A DNA stretch of 64,000 nt from Octopus bimaculoides. Taxonomy: Eukaryota. How positions within the stretch are numbered: position 1 is the stretch's first letter; each line of letters opens with the position of its first letter. The DNA is taken from positions 95,534,496 through 95,598,495 of the forward strand of contig NC_068989.1 in the NCBI RefSeq assembly GCF_001194135.2, in the 5' to 3' direction. The notes beneath the pieces are model-generated. The model worked only from the letters and a program-made list of their open reading frames with translations. It made no database searches and had not been told where the DNA came from. The translations under genes and the position numbers were made by a program. Positions 26,020 through 35,700 of the stretch are shown here, in pieces.

Positions 26020-27095
26020 AAGCATGCTTTGCTGGAAGAGAAAGACCTAGAAAGACATGGAATGAAGGGATGAAAACTGATCTCAAGGAGACTGAGCCCC
26101 ACAAAAAGATGACAAATGACCACAACTATTGGTGACATCTACACACATGGAAGAAAGAATATTAATGAGCTGGAATGACGTTGGCTGGATCCATCTACTG
26201 CTTGTCCTCTGCTTCTCTCTCTCTCTCTACATCCTCCCCATCCAGGATACTCTCACTGTTTGCATCCTCTACAGTACTGTCCACCCACCTCCTCTATAGT
26301 AGTCCTTCTTCCTCCAGCTTCACTCTATCTCCCTCTCCTCTATAGTAGTCTTTCTTCCTCCAGCTTCACTCTATCTCCCTACATATTTGTCCTCTGCCTT
26401 CCTACCTTCTCTATGGTACCCTCCAGCCTTTCTTAACGTTACTGCTCTTCTGGTATCCACTCCACACTCACCCACCATCCATCGCTTTCCTCTCAACAGC
26501 TTTTTTTCTGCTTCCCCCCTCCCCCCATTATTATCTCTTTCCTCCCTCTCTGGTCTACTTCAAGGATTCCCCAAATACCTCCTCCCCTTCACTGATCCCC
26601 TTTGAATTCATTGCCACTCTCACCTACCTCTCTCTTTCATGTCCCCCCCCCCGACAAACTGCAAAAGCACTCCACCCCCCTTACACAACCCGCCCAACCA
26701 CCCCTCTCACCTTGTTTACCAACAGCAGCCATTTATACTTTCTCTTACATAATCTCTTCTCCCATTGTCTATAAACTATGTTACTCTTTCTGCAACCACA
26801 CTCTCACAAATACACATCTGCTCCTCCCATCCTACTTTGAAATCTCTCTTATCATCTCACCTTAAATCATCTCTCTCTCTCTCCCACTCTCTCGTTTCTG
26901 TCCTTTTATCCATAATCCTTTAGACCACCTCACTAGGGCTGGTATTATGTTTTTTAAAAAAAGCACCTGGTATTCTCTAAACTAGCTGACACAAGGAAGG
27001 GCACCCAAGTGTAAAAGTCATACCAAGCAGAGACATTGGATCCTTGTCAAACTTTCCAATCCATGCAAAGCATGGAAAGTTGACCTAAAAGTATG
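26020..27095 (+). mobile_element. RTE LINE 3' end: ORF2 terminus, long C/T-rich 3' UTR and conserved terminal segment
   Basis: GRERPRKTWNEGMKTDLK..MTNDHNYW at 26035-26135, a pyrimidine-rich tract at 26190-26900, then aagcacc..aaggaagggcacccaagtgtaaaag..catgcaaagcatggaaag, the same terminus as the (GAT)n-tailed family. Confidence 0.6.
26289..26380. repeat. 46-bp perfect-adjacent tandem duplication
   Basis: 26289-26334 and 26335-26380 (ctcctctatagtagtcYttcttcctccagcttcactctatctccct) differ at one base. Confidence 0.95.
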
Positions 27096-27107
27096 ATATA
27101 TATATAT

Positions 27108-27433
27108 NNNNNNNNNNNNNNNNNNNNNNNNNNNNNNNNNNNNNNNNNNNNNNNNNNNNNNNNNNNNNNNNNNNNNNNNNNNNNNNNNNNNNNNNNNNNN
27201 NNNNNNNNNNNNNNNNNNNNNNNNNNNNNNNNNNNNNNNNNNNNNNNNNNNNNNNNNNNNNNNNNNNNNNNNNNNNNNNNNNNNNNNNNNNNNNNNNNNN
27301 NNNNNNNNNNNNNNNNNNNNNNNNNNNNNNNNNNNNNNNNNNNNNNNNNNNNNNNNNNNNNNNNNNNNNNNNNNNNNNNNNNNNNNNNNNNNNNNNNNNN
27401 NNNNNNNNNNNNNNNNNNNNNNNNNNNNNNNNN
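27108..27433. other. Assembly gap (326 N); other gaps at 11817-11850, 32213-32222, 35637-35646 and 41719-41818
   Basis: N runs flanked by (TA)n, (TG)n, (GA)n, minisatellite or repeat sequence. Confidence 0.99.
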
Positions 27434-27489
<56 letters not shown>

Positions 27490-27799
27490 ATGGCTTTCTT
27501 TACATAAGCATAAATAAAAAGAAACCCAAAATGACGATAAAGCCAGTGTCGTTAATCTGTTTTACTCTTTTCACACAACCTTTCCAGCATCATAGTTATG
27601 GTGAAGTATGATTGTTTCCATTTGTAGCTTTGCAGAGAAACAGGTGATACCATACTGACATGTTTAATATTAAATACAGAAGTTTTAAATTATAAATCTA
27701 TTTTCATTCAGTTTATTAAGGTTCCTATTTTTTTGTTTTTTTGTTTTTGCAAAGTACACTTATTGCAGCTGAAAGCTATTTTCTTCCAATTTGCAAAGC

Positions 27800-28330
27800 T
27801 AAAATTTCAGTCGTGTATTAAAATATTACTTTTGCCTTTTTAATATCTTCATTCTGCTGAAAATATGTCTGGTGTCACTTGACTGGAGTTATGATGATAT
27901 TGTGAAATATATCCATGGCAATAGTCACCTATTATACATTGTGTGCAACACTTGATATAATTCTTTTTAACATTACACTGTGTACTTCTTCATTTACTTG
28001 GAACTATGCATGAAAATATCGTTGCTTGCCTTTCAGCTATAATAGTAATGCAAAATTAAATCAAATTATATCTAGTTGAATAGACTAACTTTATTTATTG
28101 AAGAATGGGTGCTAGCCAAAGACATAGCTGCTATAAACATTTTGTGGTTGAATGAAAAGAGGACAACTTGGACAATTTGAATGGTTTAATGTGCAGTTCA
28201 TGGCAGGAATTCCGAATGGGTTTCAGTTCTTCAACTTTACTACTGTTGCTTCAAAAGAATACAATGTTGTAGAGTTTATCTAATTTCAAGCTTTGTCTTA
28301 TAAATCATTCCTCGAGCCCATTATATGATA
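27800..28330 (+). mobile_element. Possible decayed hAT transposase fragment
   Basis: SAENMSGV followed ~20 codons later by IIHCVQHL resembles the hAT DGA.NMSG...YIHC.AH.LNL signature; otherwise unreadable. Confidence 0.35.
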
Positions 28331-29149
28331 GCATATATAACTTAGCTGGAAATGTTTATTATGAATGCTCACATTAGCATGTTGCAAGCAACAGAAATGT
28401 TAGGAAATTTTAAATTTGCAAAAAATAAAAAAAATAAAAATAATAATAATAATAATTCACGGCATTCTATCCAATGTGCTAACAACTTTGCCAATTTACT
28501 GCCTAATTAGTCAACCAAATTGTAAAGCAAAAACCAGCCTTCAACACAACATATTGTAATTCTTCAGAGAGCAACATTACTTTTAAACCTAGCTGAAAAC
28601 TAGTTACCATGGATACTGAATAGCTGATTGAATTATATTTATTTTAAAGCTAAAATGTTGTTTAAATTTACACATCTTCTAACTTATGTAGACACAAAAA
28701 GTGGATATATAAAAAAGTCTGTATGGGAAAAATGTAGTTAGAAAATAACTTAATATTTTGTTGACTAAAACATTGCCAAAATACGACAAATGGTGACAGT
28801 ATGGGATTAAATAGCTAATAAAGTTTGATCAATATAAAGAGTAATAGCTATGACTGTACAATGCTGAAGCTCTTTAAAAAAATGGAAAAAAAGAGAGTAA
28901 TTTGATTCATGTTAACAGATTAAGTGAAAATTAAAAACAAATCTTCTGCAGATAAATTATTCAAGAGAAAAACTTTCCCAGGTATGGAATGCTATTATTT
29001 AGAATGGGAAGCCTTGTGCTGATAGTAGAAAGAAGTATTTAGACAAGGATTTTCCTATATTTCGCTCAGAATGGGTCTGTATCAATTTAAAATAAAGTAA
29101 TAATAGTTGCTGAGATGTAGACTCATAACAAAAAAGTGTGAGCAAATTT

Positions 29150-29310
29150 GATGCAAATCATGTTGAAGAAGGGTTCAGAGATTGGGAACTACCAGATGCT
29201 GATGAACTTGTCCACATAGCAGATTCTATATCCGAGCTAGAAAAGAAATTCCAGGTGTGGAAGCAAAACCTGGAACCTAAATTGGATGACAGATAAAAAT
29301 ATACAACCAA
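29150..29310 (+). mobile_element. RTE LINE RT-core fragment
   Basis: WELPDADELVHIADSISELEKKFQVWKQNLE is a decayed WELLYADDL.LIAES..ELEKKFQVWKQ.LE. Confidence 0.75.
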
Positions 29311-31069
29311 AATCTAGAGTCTTTCATCCAACAAGGTTCTTGTTTACCAACATTTTTTTTTTCCCTAACAAAGCTAGGATCAACCAAAAGCTGTTGATGG
29401 ATACACATGCCTAACCTCATGTTGAGATTGAACCTGTAAACATGTGATTGCAAAGTAGCATTCTTAATTCCACGACCTTGTCTGCGTGCATTAGAGTTAT
29501 TTTAGTCATTTACTAACATCAAATATTTTTAAAGAAAATTACCAATTGAAATCCCTTCCATATAAAAGGCCATGTGAAATTGTCTATTCAGATAGACAAA
29601 AATTTGTCAAAGTGTCAAATATATAAAATTTCAAAAACAATGAATGGAATTTCAAGGAAACAAAATTCCTGAGATAAAAAATGAGATTGCAAATAGAAGG
29701 TTTAGAATCTATTATGCTACTTAAAATGTCTGGCTCACACTGATTATATAATCTCAAGTTAAGAGGCTGTAAAATAGCCATGAACAAATTTTTTTAGGTT
29801 ACTAAATAATATATACAAAAAATGTATGGCAAAATAAAACAAATTAGATTCTAAGATAGCAAAATTTTGAAATGTTGTCAACACATTTTCTACCAAATAC
29901 CAAAATTTCATTTATAGCAAAACCAGAAGTATTAATAAAATTTGTATTAATACAAAAATGTGACTTTTGATGAAAATATTGAAACCAGAATTATTTTTTA
30001 TTTGTCTATTAACATCATTTACTTTATGTGTGTATGCCCATCATAACATGTAAAACCTACAATTTTTAAAGCCCTTACAGTGAAATTTCAGATACATTTT
30101 GCTCATAGGAGAATAAAAGAAACTGACCTCGTATGTTTCATAGTTCAATAACCAATTATCAGAGAGTAATCAGTCCCTCATCTTGCTGCCCACAAAGAGA
30201 ACTTATAGTAATTACTATTTAAATGAAACACAAACCAGAGCTTAGCTCTAATGGTTAGACTAATTTGCATATCTGTACATTTAAGATATCCGGTCTTTAA
30301 ATTTATCTTTATCCTTCTGATACACACAGTGGTGTGCATAAATATTTATTTAACACAGTACTGATATATGCATCTTTAAACTATAATAAAAGATTTTTTA
30401 AATCCTGAATATGCCCTACTGGAATCAGAATGCATTTAATATGCCTGTGTGTCCTTATGCCATCAAATACAGTATTCTTTGCTGCAGGAATATTTTTGAG
30501 CACTCTGTTATAATGCTGATCTCGACTCAAATTACATACCAATTTGTACTTATGAAACATGAACAATTTGTAGTTATTACAAAATTGCCATTGGTTTTGG
30601 CAATTAGATGAAACTGATTTTTCATATAATAATGGCATAAAATGCATATATCAGTGTAATAGACCAACATATTTGTGGAACACAGCTATTATCTTTCAGA
30701 ATCCATATCATTATTTTTAATTGGAAGACATTTCATTGTCAAGATAAAAAGGATAAAAAGCAATTGAAAAAAATATATATTTGATTATATTTCAATGCAG
30801 CAGAGTAAATAAAGTTCTATTCTCTACTAGAACCAACTAATTGGAAGCTACAAAGTATATTAAACAAATTGCTAAATATTCATAATTAACTAATTACATT
30901 ATGAATTCACAGCCAATTTTCTAAATTAAATCCTTACATGTGTACTTGTAAGACCTTATATGTATGTGTACATAAAGAGGAGGAAAAAGTACTCAATACA
31001 TGTACTAAAGTTTATTGCTTCTATCATTACACAGAATCTCTTGTTTATGAGCAAAAAATAAGGATCCGT

Positions 31070-31395
31070 GGTTGGGTAGTAGTGCCATCATTTGTGGACA
31101 TCAAAGACTTGTGGTTTAGTGATTAGGGTGTTCAGCTCATAATCGTAAGCTCGTGAGTTCAATTCCTGGTGGCACACTGTGTCCTTGAGCATGGCATTTT
31201 ATTTCTCATTACTCCAATCCACTCAGCTGGCAAAAGTGTGTTGTACCTGTAATTCAAAGGGCCAGCCTTGTCAAATTGTGTGTCATGCTGGGTCTACCTG
31301 TGGAGTGCTCAGTCACTTGTACATTAATTCCACAGGCAGACTGTTCCATTCATCAAATTAACTGGAATACTCATTGTCATAACCAATGGACTGCC
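31070..31395 (+). mobile_element. Family B SINE copy
   Basis: gtggtttagtgattagggtgttc..gtgagttcaattcctgg..tgtgtccttgagc..aagggccagccttgtca..gtggagtgctcagtcacttgtacattaattcc. Confidence 0.8.
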
Positions 31396-32564
31396 ATTAA
31401 TGTCCACTTTTCCATGCTTCTATGGGTCACATGAAATTTGTTTCCAAATGAAGTAATACTTCCTGTCATCCTTCGAACATGAACGTCTCAATGGCTGCAC
31501 CTGCTTCCATGACAGATTGAAAACAAATGACACTGCTTGTACGATGGTATTTTGTCTAATTACAATTAGTGCACAATGAAAGGAGGCATGAACACATACA
31601 CACACACACACAAGCAGGACAAGTTTCTTTCACTTCCTGCCCACCAAAATACCACACAATGGAACTAAACCTGAATCCACACGATTGCATAAAGTGAACT
31701 TAACCACCTAGCCATACTTGTGCCTATACATATTATCATTATTGTTTTAACGTTCACTTTTCTATGCTTGCATGGTCCAGACAGAATTCTGCGAGGTAAA
31801 TTTTCTACAGTCAGTTGCCTTTCCTGCCACCACCTCTCACTTGATTCTAAGGATGGTAATATTCTCCATAATTGCATATCGAAGATTGGAAATGAATGAC
31901 AGCGCATGTACGAGAGTGACACACATTTACAACTACAACGTAATGTCAAGGTGAAGAGGCACAAATGTCGACACACATAACACATATATGTACGTGATGG
32001 TCTTCTTTAGAGATTAACCACATCTACTCACAAGGCTTTGTTCACCCCAGAGCTATAGCAGAAGAGGTGCCCAAAGTGTCACTGAGTGGGACTGAACATG
32101 AAACCACATCATGGGAAAGTAAACTGCTTAACCACACAGACTTGCCCATGCCCATATGTATGTATGTGTGTGGTGTGTGCGTAGTGTTTGTATGTGTGTG
32201 TGTGTGTGTGTGNNNNNNNNNNGCATGTGTGTGCGCGCACTAGAATTTCAAAAATGTCTGAAGGACAGGTGTCAGAATGTTCAAAGTTAGGCATTTCACA
32301 AATTCATAATCCTCTTGCTGATCAAGTGACCTTCTTAAAACTATGTATATATTTGTCCCATTCTCTCACCAGCTGAATGGATTCTGAAAATCTGAATGTT
32401 AGGCTTCAACTTGCTGTCACAGTGATTGTGACAGTCATAAGCTTCATAATTTCACAGTTTCTTAGACCTAAAATGCTTGTCTTATGTAAAGATACAAAAA
32501 TGAGCACATATACAGGTGCCTGTTGTGCATGCAAACACATCAATCTTTAGAGTCTGATTATTGT

Positions 32565-32595
<31 letters not shown>

Positions 32596-32664
32596 CATAC
32601 AATATTCAGACTCTAAAAATTGATGTTTGTATCACACACACACACACATATTTATATATATATA

Positions 32665-32815
32665 TCATCATCATCATCATTTAACATCCATTGTCCATGC
32701 TGGCATAGGCTGGACGGTTTGACCAGGGCTGGTAAGCTGGAAGGCTGCACTAAACTCCAGTTTGATTTGGCATAGTTTCTATGGCTGGATGCCCTTCCTA
32801 ATGCCAACCACTCTG
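32665..32815 (-). mobile_element. (GAT)n-tailed family copy
   Basis: (CAT)n-ttaacatccattgtccatgctggc..gctggatgcccttcctaatgccaaccactctg. Confidence 0.8.
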
Positions 32816-32910
32816 AGGCCCAACAGTCAAAGGCAAATCAACCACTTTGCTTCCATGATACCCATGCTTGAAAGGAACTCACCTCCGTGAGGCCCAATGC
32901 TTGAAAGGTG

Positions 32911-32954
<44 letters not shown>

Positions 32955-33059
32955 TAGATAGATATAGATAGATATATATAGGTACATACATACACACATA
33001 TAGTTACTAAATATTGTAATGAGTACTGGAATATATCATTGTACAAATCATAGTTATAT

Positions 33060-33660
33060 TATCATCATCATCATCATCATCCTTCTCATCATCATTATCA
33101 TCATTATCATCATAATCGCCATCATCATTTAATGTGCATGTTCCATACGGGCATGGGTTGGACAGTTTGACAAAATAAGAAGGGTCCAAGGACAGCAGTG
33201 TGCTTCGTTATCTATTTTGGCACGGTTTCCACATCTGGATGTCCTTCCTAATGCCATCCACTTTACAGAGTGTGGACTGGGTGCTTTTTTGTGCCACTGA
33301 CACTAGTGAGGTTACCATACAGCAGTGGAGGAGACCTCGCTAATGCCAGTGGCACAGAAAAGCACCCATGAGGTGGGGGGCAGTAATTTATGCAATGAGA
33401 AGGTATAGAGTATGGGAGGAAGGAAAAAAGGTTCTTGTAAAGGAAAGCTTTAGGAGAGAGATAGGGAGAGAGAGAGAGAGAGAGAGAGTGACTAGTAGTA
33501 GGAGTTGTAAGTGCAGGAGTCTGCTCGAGGTTGAGATGCTTAAAAGTGTGTTGGGAGTGGGAGTGTGGGTTCAGGTTTGCAGGAGCGTACAATGAAGCAG
33601 CAGACAGAGAAAGGGAGGAAGGCAACATGTTTAAAGACTGAGAATGACTGAAGGATGACT
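33060..33660 (-). mobile_element. (GAT)n-tailed copy with long purine-rich (element-sense C/T-rich) 5' extension
   Basis: Degenerate (CAT)n at 33060-33128, conserved terminus at 33130-33300 and a G/A-rich tract at 33370-33660; the same layout as 26020-27095 but reversed. Confidence 0.6.
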
Positions 33661-33666
33661 GCAGGA

Positions 33667-33786
33667 AATGAGGGTCATAGCAGGTTGAATGCACCGATTC
33701 TCATCGTTTCACCGAAGCTAAGCAACAACGAGCTTCGTTAGGACTTCGGTGGGTGACTGCTTGGGAAACTCGGTGCAGCAAGCAAT
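33667..33786 (+). pseudogene. Diverged 5S rRNA copy (pseudogene or 5S-derived SINE head)
   Basis: ggtcatagcaggttgaatgcaccgattctcatcgtttcaccgaagctaagcaacaacgagcttcgttaggacttcggtgggtgactgcttgggaaactcggtgcagcaagcaatt aligns colinearly by eye to metazoan 5S rRNA (GGCCATA..TGAATGCACCGGTTCTCGTCCGATCACCGAAG.TAAGCA..GTTAGTACTTGGATGGGTGACCGC.TGGGAA). The first ~6 nt are unmatched, box C is altered, and no T4 terminator follows. Confidence 0.85.
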
Positions 33787-33879
33787 TCACAATTCAGCTG
33801 AGCAAACCATCAAGTCAAACCTGATCACTTGTGCAAACTAAAGTCAATCACATACAATATAACATCTGGAAATATGTTT

Positions 33880-34275
33880 TTTTATTCATTTGTTTCAGTC
33901 ACTGGACTCTGGCCATACTGGAGCACTGCCTTGAAGGATTTTATTCAAACAAATCAACACTAGTATTTATAATGTTTTTTCTTTCAAGTCTGGCACTTAT
34001 TTTTCAGCTTCTTTTCCTGTACTGCTAAGTTACAGGGACATAATCAAACCAACACTGGTTGTCAAACTGTGGTGAAGTGACAAACCCAAGCACAAACCAC
34101 ACATGCATATTCATACACACATATATTTACATATGTCTACCAAATTCCCTCACAAGGTATTGGTTGTCACAGAGCCAATATAGTAGAAGACACTTGCCCA
34201 AGCTGATGCACAATAGGACAGAACCCAAAACCACATGGTTGTCAAGTGGGCTTCTTCACCACACAGCCATGCCTG
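33880..34275 (-). mobile_element. Family A SINE copy
   Basis: gtttcagtcactggactctggccatactggagcactgcc..gctaagttacagggac..ctaccaaattccctcacaagg..gacacttgccc..cttcaccacacagccatgcctg. Confidence 0.85.
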
Positions 34276-35646
34276 ACAACTAAAAACAAATACAGTAAGT
34301 AGGATAAGGTATGAAGTTATTTTTTAAAATGATAACAGCTAACCTTTATTTGATTTCCATTTTTTTTTTGTCTGAGAATCTTAACACATTTGCACCCATA
34401 TTTCTAACCAGCTTTAAAAAAATAACAACAGAAAACAAACAAAAAAAAAACACTGATTTATAAATCCCTATATTTGTGATAGTAGTTGCATTAAGTGTTT
34501 TACCTACCACATAGAATTTACAGAACAGCAAATCTACAAGTAGATTAATGCTATAAGAGAGTCTGCTAATAGCAGTGGCAACATTCATTATTTATATTGT
34601 ATGCAATACACATAAAAAGTGTTTGAAAGTTGTGGCTTTATTTAATGCAGACATACTCAAAACTTTTTTCTATTTTAGTCAGTTGAGAGATAAAAAAAAT
34701 AATAATAAAACAGAATACATTATGAGGAACTATGAGTAAAATATGTGAGCCATATAAAGCAAAAGTGTTTCAACTGAAAAAAGCTTTAACTAAATTAGTT
34801 TTGTCTACCACTGAAACAGAGATACTTTAGACACTTTGAATGTGTTTGCCAGTGAATTAATAACTACAATTAATTCTTATTCCATTTTTGTAATTAGCCA
34901 GCTTAGGAGGCTGTATGAATGCCAGTGTGTCAATAAAAAATAATAACTTGTCAGGAGGCCATTAATTATTTACTTAATATTGGTATTAGATAGAGGATGA
35001 TGTCATGATAAAAGCAACCAAGCTAATCATACTCTCTACAACACAATTTAGAAGAGAAGACAACAATAAACTAATGAGCATTTCTTTCAGTCGGAATCTT
35101 CTTTCAGACAAATTATTGATAAATAAGCAAAATATTCACAGGGTGAGGTGAGGAAGCAAACATTTCCTTTCTTCTTCAAACAAGAACACCAACAGGTTTT
35201 CATGTCCTAAGAATAGGAACATTTTATAATCTATCTGCCAGGCTGTTTCCTTGAAATTGAAGTAAAATCAAGAAGACTGTTTTATATAATTTGATATTTG
35301 AGAAAAACATGCCTAGCTATGGGAAAATATAACCTTACTTGGAGGAAACAGGTGACAATTGGTTAAAGGAAGCGAATCCTGTCATAGAAACACCAGCCTC
35401 AACAATTTCCACCTGACCAATGCAAGGATAAGAAAGTGGACATAACATGGTGATGATAATACACACACACATGTAGGATAAGTCTGAGATTGAATGAATA
35501 AATGTTTAATCTATGGATCAAACGTTTATTCATTCATCTTAAACTTACCTTTGAGTTCTTTATTCAAAGTGACCAGACAGAGCTTTGAACTTGTATGCCA
35601 CTGGAAAGTATATATGCGTAAGTGTGTGTGAGTGTGNNNNNNNNNN

Positions 35647-35700
<54 letters not shown>

